Origin: Betaproteobacteria bacterium
GTDB taxonomy: Bacteria > Pseudomonadota > Gammaproteobacteria > Burkholderiales > SG8-41
Assembly: GCA_025363435.1 (NCBI GenBank)
Contig: JANYDY010000042.1
Span: 5,323 to 69,322, forward strand
DNA length: 64,000 bases
Reading direction: 5' to 3'
Translations under genes and position numbers: made by a program
In this document: positions 21,275-30,669 of the stretch, piece by piece
How positions within the stretch are numbered: the stretch's first letter is position 1
How the letters are laid out: the number at the start of each line of letters is the position of its first letter
The notes under the pieces: model-generated
The model's database searches: none
The model's input: the letters and a program-made list of their open reading frames with translations, nothing else
What the model was told of the DNA's origin: nothing

Positions 21275-22345
21275 TCAGTTCAGCGACACCGCCTTGATCA
21301 GCAGGTAGACCTCGCAGCCCGGCGCCAGCGCGAGCCGCTCGGCTGAAAAACGGGTGATCCGCGAAGACAGCACTGTTTCGCCGACTTTCACGTGCACTAC
21401 CGCCCGCGCCTCCTGCTCCGGCTTCACGTCGATCACCTGCCCTGCCAATATATTCAGCACGCTGATGTCGGCCGGTCGCGTGAGCGCCAGTGCAATGTCG
21501 CGCGCGCGGATGCGCACGCGCACCGCTTCGCCGATCAGCGCTTCGATGCCCGGCACCGTCAACCGCCCGCCGGAAAATTCGAGTGTCGCGAGGTCATATT
21601 CGAGATCATGCGCGACCACCTTGGCGTCGATCACAGTGCCACCTTCGAAGTCTATGCCTTGGGCGCGCAAATCCGCACGCCCCATTACTTCGCTGACCGA
21701 ACCGCTGGTAACGACGCGACCGGCCGCCATCAGCACGACGGTTTCGGCCAGCTGCACAACCTCCTCGACCACATGCGAAACATAAACGATTGGTACACTG
21801 ATTTCTTCGTGCAGCCGCGCGATGTAACGCAGCACTTCGCGCTTGCGCGATTGGTCGAGTGCCGCCAGCGGCTCATCCATCAACAACAGCCGCGGACTCG
21901 AAAGCAATGCGCGCCCGATTGCTACGCGCTGCTTCTCTCCGCCCGACAGATTGCCCGGACGGCGCCCGAGCAATGCTTCCAGTCCTAGCAGTTCGATGAC
22001 CTTGCCGATTTCGACATAGCGGTCTTGCGGCCGCGCGAGGTCGTAGCCGTAGCGCAGGTTTTCGCGCACGGTCAGATGCGGAAACAAGCGTCCTTCCTGA
22101 AACACATAACCGACACGCCGGCGCTCGACCGGCAGGTCGATCCCGCGCGCGCCATCGAACAGGCACTCGCCATTGACCGTGATTGCGCCTTGGTCCGGCC
22201 GCGCGAGACCCGCAATGGCGTTGACCAGCGTGGTCTTGCCAGAACCGGAGCGGCCGAACAGTGCAGTGATGCCGCTGTCGCTGGCGAAGGCCGCATCAAG
22301 CGCGAAATTGGAGAGCATCTTCTGGACGCTGATTTCAAGCATCAT
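21275..22345 (-). CDS. modC: molybdate ABC transporter ATP-binding protein ModC
   Basis: Walker A GRSGSGKTT, signature LSGGEKQRV and a C-terminal TOBE/Mop-like domain. ATG 22345 overlaps the modB stop. The longer ORF-track N-terminus is not ABC-like. Confidence 0.9.
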   Translation of the reverse strand: MMLEISVQKMLSNFALDAAFASDSGITALFGRSGSGKTTLVNAIAGLARPDQGAITVNGECLFDGARGIDLPVERRRVGYVFQEGRLFPHLTVRENLRYGYDLARPQDRYVEIGKVIELLGLEALLGRRPGNLSGGEKQRVAIGRALLSSPRLLLMDEPLAALDQSRKREVLRYIARLHEEISVPIVYVSHVVEEVVQLAETVVLMAAGRVVTSGSVSEVMGRADLRAQGIDFEGGTVIDAKVVAHDLEYDLATLEFSGGRLTVPGIEALIGEAVRVRIRARDIALALTRPADISVLNILAGQVIDVKPEQEARAVVHVKVGETVLSSRITRFSAERLALAPGCEVYLLIKAVSLN

Positions 22346-23033
22346 GCCCCCGCGCATGTCGCTGAGCACGCCGCACCAGCCATTCTGAGCAAACCAGTGC
22401 CGCCATCGATAGCACCACTGCAAGCAAGCTCAACCGTAGGGCCTCAGCATCGCCGCCTGGAACCTGGGTCTGGGCAAATATCGCCAGCGGCAGCGTGCGC
22501 GTCTCATCGGGAATGTTCGACACGAAGGTAATCGTTGCGCCGAATTCGCCGAGACTGCGCGCGAACGACAGCAGCACGCCGGTAAAAAGGCCGGGGAGCA
22601 TCAATGGCAGCGTGACGGTAAAAAACACACGCCAACGGCCGGCACCCAGCGTGCGCGCGGCCGCTTCCAGACCAATGTCTATCGACTCGATCGACAAGCG
22701 GATCGCGCGAACCATCAGTGGAAAACCCATGATGCCTGCTGCAATCGCGGCGCCGGTCCAGCGGAAGGCGACAACGATGCCGAAGTACTCATCCAGCATC
22801 GCCCCCAGCGGTCCGCGGCGGCCGAGCAGCAGCAGCAGAAAATAGCCGACGACCACCGGCGGCAGCACCAGCGGCAGGTGAACGAAGGCATCGAACAGAC
22901 TCCTGCCCGGAAAATCATGGCGCGCAAGCAGATAGGCTACGGCAATGGCGAGCGGAATGCTGCACAGCACACCCCAGAATGCGACCTTGAGGCTGAGCCG
23001 GATGATCTCCCACTCGTCGGGAGTCAACGCCAC
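22335..23033 (-). CDS. modB: molybdate ABC transporter permease ModB
   Basis: 232-aa permease with the EAA-type loop (AARTLGAGRWRVFFTVTLP), positioned between modA and modC. Confidence 0.9.
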   Translation of the reverse strand: MALTPDEWEIIRLSLKVAFWGVLCSIPLAIAVAYLLARHDFPGRSLFDAFVHLPLVLPPVVVGYFLLLLLGRRGPLGAMLDEYFGIVVAFRWTGAAIAAGIMGFPLMVRAIRLSIESIDIGLEAAARTLGAGRWRVFFTVTLPLMLPGLFTGVLLSFARSLGEFGATITFVSNIPDETRTLPLAIFAQTQVPGGDAEALRLSLLAVVLSMAALVCSEWLVRRAQRHARGHDA

Positions 23034-23036
23034 GAT

Positions 23037-23813
23037 CTACCGTTCAACAGTGAATCCATATTTCTCAAAGATTGCACGCGCCTCCGCCGATTTCAAATAG
23101 TTCGCAAACGATTGCGCGCCGGCGTGCCTGCTCGCCGCGACCACCGCCACCGGATAGATAATCGCGGGATGTGTGTCCGACGGAAACAGTCCGGCGATGC
23201 GGACCCGCTTTTCCGCGTAAGCGTCGGTCTGATAGACGATGCCCAGGGGCGCCTCGCCGCGCGCGACAAAATTAAGCGCCGTGCGCACGTTGTCGCCGCG
23301 CACCACGCTGCGTTCGACGCTCTTCCATACGCCGAGTTTTTCCAGCGCCACCCTGCCGTATTTACCGGCGGGAACGCTGTCCGGGTCCGCCATCGACAGT
23401 TTGCCGTCCCGCAGTGCATCTAAAAGCGGCATGCCCGGCTTGATATCGATCTGCAGTTTGCTGTCCGCAGGGACAATCAGGGCCAGCCGGTTGTGCAGAA
23501 GGTTGGTCCGGGACCCGGCCCTGAGCAGCCTGCGCTTGTCGAGATAATCCATCCATTCGATATCGGCGGAAATGAACACGTCGGCAGGCGCGCCGTTTTC
23601 GATCTGCTTCGCCAGCGCCGAACTTGCAAAATATGATGGTTGCACCCTAAAACCGCTCGTGCGCAAATACTGGCCCGCCACTGCATCAAGGGATTCCTTC
23701 AGGCTGGCGGCGGCAAATACGGTCAAATCCTGCGCCTGTGCCTGAACGGCCGGCACCAGAACCCCCAGCAGCAGTGCGGCGGCAAACAGTCGGACTCCGG
23801 ATTGCAATGACAT
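23037..23813 (-). CDS. modA: molybdate ABC transporter periplasmic binding protein ModA
   Basis: Signal peptide, then LTVFAAASLKESL and PAGKYG... motifs typical of ModA. Confidence 0.9.
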   Translation of the reverse strand: MSLQSGVRLFAAALLLGVLVPAVQAQAQDLTVFAAASLKESLDAVAGQYLRTSGFRVQPSYFASSALAKQIENGAPADVFISADIEWMDYLDKRRLLRAGSRTNLLHNRLALIVPADSKLQIDIKPGMPLLDALRDGKLSMADPDSVPAGKYGRVALEKLGVWKSVERSVVRGDNVRTALNFVARGEAPLGIVYQTDAYAEKRVRIAGLFPSDTHPAIIYPVAVVAASRHAGAQSFANYLKSAEARAIFEKYGFTVER

Positions 23814-23840
23814 GATGGCCGCCTCTTTTGTTTCGTCGAT

Positions 23841-23864
23841 CGATATATTTTACTGAATATAACG
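23841..23864. promoter_or_regulatory. candidate ModE-type operator upstream of modA
   Basis: Dyad CGATATAT-tttactga-ATATAACG, 28-51 bp upstream of the modA start. It resembles the published proteobacterial ModE box (CGnTATATA...TATATAnCG). Confidence 0.6.
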
Positions 23865-23942
23865 AATGCTGCGCAAAAGTCAATCACTGCCCGGGTAATG
23901 CCAGAAATCGATGCCGCCGGAGAAACCGGCGGGATAGAGACG

Positions 23943-24320
23943 TCAATAAATCTTGCCGGCCGGCGGCGTCGTGCGCAGCAGCTTTGAAAAAGCCGGCATT
24001 TCTTTCGAGATCGACGCCAGCGCGCGCGACTCCATGACGCGAAATCCTTTCAATACCAGTCTGCCGAACGGCGTAATCTGCGCACCGCCACCGCCCTTGC
24101 CGCCGGTGGCAGTATCGACGACCGGTTCGCGAAAGCACTGGTTCATGGCGTCGATCAACAGCCACGCGCGGCGGTACGACATAGTGAGACTGCGTGCACC
24201 GGCCGATATCGACCCGGTTTCCGCCACCGCCTGCAGGATGTCGGCCTTGCCCGAGCCGATGGCAAATCCGGAACCATACTGCACACGCAACCTCAGTCTT
24301 GCTTTAGCGATTGCCATCAC
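23943..24320 (-). CDS. ModE-like winged-helix regulator consisting of the N-terminal DNA-binding domain only
   Basis: 125 aa with GKADILQAVAETGSISAGARSLTMSYRRAWLLIDAMN...GGKGGGGAQITPFG, matching the ModE/MopB N-domain. No Mop/TOBE molybdate-binding domains follow. Confidence 0.75.
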   Translation of the reverse strand: MMAIAKARLRLRVQYGSGFAIGSGKADILQAVAETGSISAGARSLTMSYRRAWLLIDAMNQCFREPVVDTATGGKGGGGAQITPFGRLVLKGFRVMESRALASISKEMPAFSKLLRTTPPAGKIY

Positions 24321-24779
24321 TCAATCCTTCGTTTGCCAGCGTTCTGCGGCGGCATCGTCGCTCGCCCGTGCCTCGACCCAGCGCGCACCGTCCGGGGTTT
24401 TCTCTTTCTTCCAGAACGGCGCCTGCGTCTTCAGATAGTCCATGATGAATTCGCAGGCAGCGAAAGCGTCACCGCGATGCGCACTGGTCACCACCACCAG
24501 CACGATCTGGTCGAGCGGCGCCAGGCGGCCGATGCGGTGCACCACCAGCGCGTCGTAGACCTGCCAGCGCCCTTTCGCTTGCCCAATGATCTCTTCGATC
24601 GCCTTCTCGGTCATGCCCGGATAATGTTCGAGCGTCATCTCGGCGACGGTTTTACCGTCGTTGAGATCGCGCACCACGCCGACGAAACTGGCGACCGCGC
24701 CGACCTGCGGGTTGTCGCGCCGCAGTTGAGCGACTTCGCGCCCGATATCGAAGTCTTCGTTCTGGATGCGTACCGGCAT
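24321..24779 (-). CDS. moaE: molybdopterin synthase catalytic subunit MoaE
   Basis: GAVASFVGVVRD...LEHYPGMTEK...VVHRIGRL...SAHRGDAF... are MoaE hallmarks. Confidence 0.9.
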   Translation of the reverse strand: MPVRIQNEDFDIGREVAQLRRDNPQVGAVASFVGVVRDLNDGKTVAEMTLEHYPGMTEKAIEEIIGQAKGRWQVYDALVVHRIGRLAPLDQIVLVVVTSAHRGDAFAACEFIMDYLKTQAPFWKKEKTPDGARWVEARASDDAAAERWQTKD

Positions 24780-24799
24780 GGTCAGGTCCCGTGTACCGT

Positions 24800-25054
24800 C
24801 TAGCCGCCGGTGACCGGCGGGAAAAACGCAACCTCGTCGCCGTCGGTAACGGGCGTGTCGCCCGCCGCCATATCCTGATTGACCGCCGCGCGCACCCGCT
24901 TCGACTCCGCCAGCGCTTCTGCCCAGGCATCACCGCGTTTGCGCAGCAGCGCACGCAGCGCTGCCACGTCACGCACGTCATCGGGCAGCGCGAATTCCTC
25001 CGCCCCCTGACCGGTGGCCTCGCGCAGTCCTGCGAAATAGAGAATTTTTACCAT
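24800..25054 (-). CDS. moaD: molybdopterin synthase sulfur-carrier subunit MoaD
   Basis: 84 aa with a ubiquitin-like fold, ending in the obligatory ...FFPPVTGG. Confidence 0.85.
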   Translation of the reverse strand: MVKILYFAGLREATGQGAEEFALPDDVRDVAALRALLRKRGDAWAEALAESKRVRAAVNQDMAAGDTPVTDGDEVAFFPPVTGG

Positions 25055-25106
25055 CGTATTATCCGGATTACCGCTGAATCCGGCTAATTATCCGCCCGCC
25101 CTGCCG

Positions 25107-25601
25107 TCACGCCAAGCTCGCATGCTGCTCGATGAATGCGGCGATCGCGTCAATGTCGTCAAGCAGAAACTGCGGCAGCGTGGTCTCGACGCGGGCGTCG
25201 CTGGCCACCGCGACGATATGGCTGTCATGCGGAAACAGCAGCGGCTCTTCAACCACTGCGCGATGCACCTCAAGCTTGGGTATCGGCTCGCGTTTGAAAC
25301 CTTCGATCAAAAGAAGATCGCAAGCGGAAAGCTGCTTGACCAGCTCCGGCAGTGTCGGCTCCGGCGCACCACGCAATTCGTGCATCAACGCCCAGCGCCG
25401 CGACGAAGTTACCAGCACTTCCTGGCAGCCGGCGTGGCGGTGACGCCACGAATCCTTACCTTCCTGATCGATGTCGAAGGTATGGTGGGCATGCTTGATC
25501 AGCGAAACTCGCACGCCGCGCGCCGTAAATTTCGGGATCAGCTTTTCGATCAGTGTCGTCTTGCCGGAGCCTGAATAACCGGCGATACCGAATATTTTCA
25601 T
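25107..25601 (-). CDS. mobB: molybdopterin-guanine dinucleotide biosynthesis adapter protein MobB
   Basis: MKIFGIAGYSGSGKTTLIEKLI P-loop N-terminus. ATG 25601 preferred; ATG 25622 is possible. Confidence 0.85.
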   Translation of the reverse strand: MKIFGIAGYSGSGKTTLIEKLIPKFTARGVRVSLIKHAHHTFDIDQEGKDSWRHRHAGCQEVLVTSSRRWALMHELRGAPEPTLPELVKQLSACDLLLIEGFKREPIPKLEVHRAVVEEPLLFPHDSHIVAVASDARVETTLPQFLLDDIDAIAAFIEQHASLA

Positions 25602-25618
25602 GAACTCGATTCTACCCT

Positions 25619-26275
25619 TCATTCGACGACGATCCGCCGCTCCGCCAGAGTCAAGCGATCCAGAATCGCCAACCGCATGATCTCCGGGTCGTGGCTCGCG
25701 ATCAATACAGTGTGATCATCAATGCACAACGCGGTCACCAGATCGAGCACCTGTTTGCGCGCATTGCCGTCGAGATTGGCGGTCGGTTCGTCAAGCAGCA
25801 GCAACGCGGGATTGAGCAGTTTCGCCCGGGCAAGCGCTGCGCGCTGCGCCTCACCGCCGGAGAGCTTGTGCGGCGGCACATCGCTGCGATCTGCAAGCCC
25901 CGCCCATTCGAGCGCTTCGCGCACGCGTGCCTGCCGTTCGACGGGCGGCACACCGCGCCGCGCGAGGCCGTATTCGAGGTTCTTCTCGGTCGTCGTGTGA
26001 AACAAATAGGGTTGTTGGTGCACGTAGACGATTTCGCGCCGCCATGCCTCGGGATAGCGAGCCGTCGTCGCCGGCTGCGCGCGAAACTCGAGCGTGCCAT
26101 GCAGGCTAGCCTCCAGGCCCGCAATCATCCGCAACAAGGTGGTTTTCCCGCAACCATTGGCACCGCTCAGCACGTAACCGTGCCCCGCTTCAAGCGCGAG
26201 TTCGGCGCCGTCGAACAGCACGCGCGTGCCGAAGCGCTTGTGCAATCCGGACATCCGTAGCAGCGGCGCTCTCAT
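25619..26275 (-). CDS. tupC: ABC transporter ATP-binding protein, tungstate/oxyanion TupC-like
   Basis: Only the last 218 codons of ORF 25619..26905 are ABC-like (GANGCGKTT, LSGGEAQRAALA, LLLLDEP). ATG 26275 overlaps the tupB stop (ATGA). The upstream part of the ORF overlaps tupB out of frame. Confidence 0.8.
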   Translation of the reverse strand: MRAPLLRMSGLHKRFGTRVLFDGAELALEAGHGYVLSGANGCGKTTLLRMIAGLEASLHGTLEFRAQPATTARYPEAWRREIVYVHQQPYLFHTTTEKNLEYGLARRGVPPVERQARVREALEWAGLADRSDVPPHKLSGGEAQRAALARAKLLNPALLLLDEPTANLDGNARKQVLDLVTALCIDDHTVLIASHDPEIMRLAILDRLTLAERRIVVE

Positions 26276-26967
26276 TCGAGCCCCCCGCGCCCCTGCAGCC
26301 AAGCGAGCATTACGTTGATGCCTATCGCCAGCACCACCAGCACCATGCCCAATGCGATGCCTTGCGCGAATTCGCCCTTCGCCGTCTCCAGCGCAATCGC
26401 GGTCGGAATATTGCGCGTCAGGCCGGCGATATTGCCGCCGACCATCAAGGCGCAGCCGACTTCGGAGACAACGCGGCCGAACGCATTGACGATGCCCGCC
26501 ATTACCGCGAAGCGCACTTCCCACAGCGTCGTCAACGCGGCGCGCAATGGCCGCGCGCCGAGACTGCGCGCTGTTTCGTAAATTCGCGGATCGGCGCCCT
26601 GCACCGCTGAAACCGTGAAAACGATCAGGATCGGCAACGCGATCACGATATAACCGAGCATGATCGCCCACGGCGTGAACAGCAGCTCGAACACGCCGAG
26701 CGGGCCGCGCCGCGACAGCAGCAGGTAGATGACGAGCCCGATCACCACCGTCGGGAACGACAGCAACGCCTGCATCAGCACGACAATTGCGCGCCGGCCG
26801 GCAAACTTCAGTTTTGCCAGCGCCCAACCGCCTGCAATAGCGACCGGTGCGGTAACCGCGATCGCGAGTACCGCCACCCACAGCGAGACCCAGATGATGC
26901 CCCATAGTTTGGCATCACCCGTGACCAGCAGCGCGAATGCCTGCCGTGTCGGTTCGAACAGATCCAC
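26272..26967 (-). CDS. tupB: ABC transporter permease, TupB-like
   Basis: GTG 26967 lies 5 nt after the tupA stop. About 231-aa permease with EAA loop YETARSLGARPLRAALT. The Pro/Arg-rich N-terminal 51 aa of the ORF track overlap tupA and are rejected. Confidence 0.8.
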   Translation of the reverse strand: MDLFEPTRQAFALLVTGDAKLWGIIWVSLWVAVLAIAVTAPVAIAGGWALAKLKFAGRRAIVVLMQALLSFPTVVIGLVIYLLLSRRGPLGVFELLFTPWAIMLGYIVIALPILIVFTVSAVQGADPRIYETARSLGARPLRAALTTLWEVRFAVMAGIVNAFGRVVSEVGCALMVGGNIAGLTRNIPTAIALETAKGEFAQGIALGMVLVVLAIGINVMLAWLQGRGGLE

Positions 26968-26971
26968 GTTG

Positions 26972-27784
26972 CTACTTGGCGGCGTTCGGGAAGAACATCT
27001 GCACGCCGTTGATCTTGAACGCCGCGATCGCAGCCTGCCCAGCGGGTGAAGCGATCCAGTCGGCGAACGCGGTGGCGCCGGCGGTATTGAGTTTCGGATA
27101 GCGCTGCGGATTGACGACAATCACGCCGTAGGGATTGAACATGCGCGCGTCCCCTTCAACCACGATCTGCAGGCCTGTGCGGTCGCGATAGGCAGCGTAC
27201 GTCGCGCGGTCGGTCAGCGCGTAAGCGCCGAGCTCACCGGCCATGGTCAGCACCGGGCCCATGCCCTGTCCGGCCGACACATACCATGCGCCCTTGGGCT
27301 CGATTGCGGCGCTTTTCCAGTAGCTTTTCTCCATTTCATGCGTACCCGACTCGTCGCCGCGCGAAATGAAACGGCTGCCGCCGGCGGTGATTTTTTTGAA
27401 CGCCTCAATCACATCCTTACCACCGCGCAGGCTCGCCGGATCGCGCGCCGGCCCGACGATGACGAAATCGTTGTACATGACGTCGCGCCGCAGCGAGCCG
27501 TGGCCGGCGGCCATGAATTTGTCCTCGAGCGCGCGCGCATGCACCAGCAGCACGTCGGCGTCGCCGCTCTCGCCGATCTTCATTGCCGCGCCCGAGCCAA
27601 CCGCAACCACCCTGACCTTGCCGCCGTAGCGCGCCTCGAACTGCGGCAGAATCACCGTGAGCAATCCCGACTGTTCGGTGCTGGTCGTCGTCGCCATGCG
27701 TGTGTCCGGCGCGTCCGCGGCGGCGGCACCGCCGCCCATCACGAGTACGCCAATTGCCGCAATCCAGCGCAATGCTCCGATCAT
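26972..27784 (-). CDS. tupA: periplasmic tungstate/molybdate-binding protein, TupA-like (PBP-like-2)
   Basis: Signal peptide, then the MATTTSTEQSGLL (TTTS) motif and GDESGTHE, as I recall for TupA-type tungstate receptors. Confidence 0.75.
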   Translation of the reverse strand: MIGALRWIAAIGVLVMGGGAAAADAPDTRMATTTSTEQSGLLTVILPQFEARYGGKVRVVAVGSGAAMKIGESGDADVLLVHARALEDKFMAAGHGSLRRDVMYNDFVIVGPARDPASLRGGKDVIEAFKKITAGGSRFISRGDESGTHEMEKSYWKSAAIEPKGAWYVSAGQGMGPVLTMAGELGAYALTDRATYAAYRDRTGLQIVVEGDARMFNPYGVIVVNPQRYPKLNTAGATAFADWIASPAGQAAIAAFKINGVQMFFPNAAK

Positions 27785-27931
27785 GGTTATTACCCCTTCG
27801 TGAAAAACAAAGCGCCTCCAACGCGCAGCATCGAATGATAGCGTTTAATCCATATCAAACCAAACCAGCAGGCGCATTGCGCTGCCGATTTCCGCTACAA
27901 TTCCGGCTCGATTTGCAACCATCGTGACAAC

Positions 27932-29206
27932 ATGAGCGACCCCGCACAATCCATCCGCACCGCCAGTTGCGCCGACGATTACGATCCGAATTCCATGCCG
28001 GTCGCGAAGGCACGCGAATTCATCGCGCGCTTCCTGAGCCCGGTGTCGACCATCGAGCACCTGCATATACGCTCAGCACTCGGCCGCGTGCTCGCCGAGG
28101 ACGTCGTCTCCCCGCTCGATGTGCCATCGCACGACAATTCCGCAATGGATGGCTATGCCGTGCGCTTTGCCGATCTCAAAGCTGCTGGCGATGCCAAGCT
28201 GAAAATCGCCGGCACCGCGTTTGCCGGCGTGCCGTTTCAGGGCAAGGCGAAGAGCGGCGAATGCGTGCGCATCATGACCGGCGCGGTGATGCCGCAGGGC
28301 ATGGATACGATCGTGATGCAGGAACACGCCAAGGCCGACGGCGACCACGTCACGGTCGGTAGCGGACACAAGTCCGGCCAGCATCTGCGCTTCGCCGGCG
28401 AGGATTTGAAGACCGGCCAGGTTGCGTTGAAACGCGGCCTTGCGCTGCGGCCGTCTGAAATCGGTCTCATCGCTTCGCTCGGCATCGGCGAAGTCTCGGT
28501 CTATCGCCGCCTGCGCGTCGCGTTCTTTTCCACCGGCGATGAGTTGCGCTCGATTGGCAGCCAGCTTGGCGAGGGCCAGATTTACGACAGCAATCGCTAT
28601 ACGATCCACGGCATGCTGGTGCGCATGGGTTGCGAAGTCGTCGACATGGGCGTAGTGCGCGACGATCCGCAACTGATCGAGGCAGCGTTCAAGACCGCTG
28701 CAGCCAATGCCGATGTCGTCATCACCAGCGGCGGCGTGTCGGTCGGCGAAGCCGATTTCGTCAAAGCCATGCTCGATCGTCTTGGTGAAGTCGTGTTCTG
28801 GAAAATCGCCATGAAACCGGGGCGGCCGCTTGCCTACGGTCGCATCGGCGACGCACATTTTTTCGGTCTACCCGGCAATCCGGTTTCTGTAATGGTGACC
28901 TTCTATCAATTCGTGCGCGACGCATTGCTCAAGCTGTCGGGCCGCGATCCGTTGCCGCCGCCGCCGAGTTTCCGCGTGCCGTGCACGACACCGTTGAAAA
29001 AAGCGCCGGGCCGCACTGAATTTCAGCGCGGCGTTTTGACGCAGGACGCAGTCGGCAACTGGAGCGTGGCGGTCACCGGCGAACAGGGCTCTGGCATATT
29101 GCGTTCGATGTGCGAAGCCAACTGCTTCATCATCCTGCCGACTGATCAGGGCAATGTCGCCGGCGGCTCGCTGGTTGAAGTGCAATTGATGGACGGCATC
29201 GTTTAA
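27932..29206 (+). CDS. moeA: molybdopterin molybdotransferase MoeA
   Basis: SPLDVPSHDNSAMDGYAVR, TGDEL and GGVSVGEADF motifs. 424 aa. Confidence 0.9.
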   Translation: MSDPAQSIRTASCADDYDPNSMPVAKAREFIARFLSPVSTIEHLHIRSALGRVLAEDVVSPLDVPSHDNSAMDGYAVRFADLKAAGDAKLKIAGTAFAGVPFQGKAKSGECVRIMTGAVMPQGMDTIVMQEHAKADGDHVTVGSGHKSGQHLRFAGEDLKTGQVALKRGLALRPSEIGLIASLGIGEVSVYRRLRVAFFSTGDELRSIGSQLGEGQIYDSNRYTIHGMLVRMGCEVVDMGVVRDDPQLIEAAFKTAAANADVVITSGGVSVGEADFVKAMLDRLGEVVFWKIAMKPGRPLAYGRIGDAHFFGLPGNPVSVMVTFYQFVRDALLKLSGRDPLPPPPSFRVPCTTPLKKAPGRTEFQRGVLTQDAVGNWSVAVTGEQGSGILRSMCEANCFIILPTDQGNVAGGSLVEVQLMDGIV

Positions 29207-29251
29207 CAGCGCATTCCGGCAGTTTCTTCTCAGACTATTCAGATTGTTCAT

Positions 29252-30016
29252 ATGGCCAGTTTTCCCGAACTCGCATCGCGCATCGTCGTCATCACCGGTG
29301 CGGCACAGGGCATAGGCGCGGAAACCGCGCGCCACTTTGCAGCGCAAGGTGCAGCGATTGCGTTGTTCGATATTGACAGCAAAAATGCAAAAGTTGTCGC
29401 CGATGCGATCGCCGCTACCGGCGGGCGCGCCAAACCGATCACAGTTGACGTCACCGACGAAAAATCCGTCGCTGCCGCCGTTGCGGCAACGGTCGAAGCC
29501 TATGGCGGCATCGACATCCTGATCACCTGCGCAGGCGGCTACACGCGGTTGGCGCAGGTCGAGGACATGCCACTCGACGAATGGGATCGCACGATTGCGC
29601 TCAACCTGCGCAGCGCGTTTTTGTGCAGCAAGGCAGTGATACCGCATCTGAAAAAATCCAAAGCCGGCCGCATCATCCACGTCGCTTCAATCTCCGGCCG
29701 TACCGTGCACGCCTCGTCATCCCCTGCTTACGGCGCCGCCAAAGCTGCCGTCATCCAGTTGACGCGTTTCCTCGCCTGGGAATTGGGCCCGAGCAATATC
29801 ACCGCCAACGCGGTGGCGCCGATCACCACGTTGACGCCGCGCGTAGCGGCCTTGCGTACCGAGGCGGATGTTGCGCGCATCGCCTCACAAGTGCCGCTGC
29901 GCCGCCTGGCGACACCGGCCGATCACGCGCAGGTCATGCTGTTTCTCGCTTCCGACGGCGCCGCCTATCTCAACGGCACCGTGCAGGACGTCAACGGCGG
30001 CCGCGTGATGATGTAA
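29252..30016 (+). CDS. SDR-family oxidoreductase (FabG-like)
   Basis: TGAAQGIG cofactor motif and the catalytic S...YGAAK tetrad. Confidence 0.9.
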   Translation: MASFPELASRIVVITGAAQGIGAETARHFAAQGAAIALFDIDSKNAKVVADAIAATGGRAKPITVDVTDEKSVAAAVAATVEAYGGIDILITCAGGYTRLAQVEDMPLDEWDRTIALNLRSAFLCSKAVIPHLKKSKAGRIIHVASISGRTVHASSSPAYGAAKAAVIQLTRFLAWELGPSNITANAVAPITTLTPRVAALRTEADVARIASQVPLRRLATPADHAQVMLFLASDGAAYLNGTVQDVNGGRVMM

Positions 30017-30048
30017 CGCACGCTGCTATTTACCTTACCGGATACTGA

Positions 30049-30669
30049 GTGCTTTCGGCCATCGGACTCGAATGCGTGCGCGGCGAACGCCGGCTGTTTG
30101 CGGGCCTCGGCTTTGCCATGCGACCGGGCACTCTGCTTGCCGTGCGCGGCGCCAACGGCAGCGGCAAAACCAGCCTGCTGCGCATCCTGTGCGGCCTGCT
30201 GGCGCCGGCGGCAGGCACGCTGACCTGGAACAATGCCGCAATCAGTGAAGTCAGCGAAGAATACCGCGCCAGTCTCGCCTACCTGGGCCATCTGAACGGT
30301 TTAAAGGACGAATTGAATGCGGCGGAGAATCTCCAGCTGTCGCTGCGACTCGCCGGCATTGCCGTGAATGAGGCAGAGGCTCTGGCCGCACTCGAGTGGT
30401 CAGGCTTGCGTGAGCGCCGGCATCAGCCCTGCGCCACGCTGTCGCAGGGCCAACGCCGCCGTGTTGCGCTGGCGCGGTTGAAACTGTCGCAATCGCGGTC
30501 GTTGTGGATACTGGATGAACCGTTTATCGCGCTGGATACCGCTGCGGTAGAGCGCACCCGCGATTTGATCGTGACGCACCTCGCCGGTGGAGGCATGGTC
30601 GCGCTGACAACGCATCAGGACGTGCCGATTGCTGCGCCGATGACATTGCTGATCGAGCTCGGCGCATGA
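30049..30669 (+). CDS. ccmA: cytochrome c biogenesis heme-exporter ATPase CcmA
   Basis: GTG start, Walker A GANGSGKTS and signature LSQGQRRRVALA. Immediately followed by ccmB. Confidence 0.9.
   Translation: MLSAIGLECVRGERRLFAGLGFAMRPGTLLAVRGANGSGKTSLLRILCGLLAPAAGTLTWNNAAISEVSEEYRASLAYLGHLNGLKDELNAAENLQLSLRLAGIAVNEAEALAALEWSGLRERRHQPCATLSQGQRRRVALARLKLSQSRSLWILDEPFIALDTAAVERTRDLIVTHLAGGGMVALTTHQDVPIAAPMTLLIELGA

Noticed and set aside
26276-26905. N-terminal approximately 210 codons of ORF 25619..26905
   Set aside because: This part overlaps the TupB-like permease gene in another frame and is Arg/Gly-rich nonsense. ABC ATPase similarity begins only at ATG 26275, which overlaps the tupB stop.
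27836-27857. Second ModE box upstream of tupA (TGATAG-N9-CATATCA)
   Set aside because: The dyad is weak and matches the CGnTATAT half-site poorly, so it is not strong enough to call.
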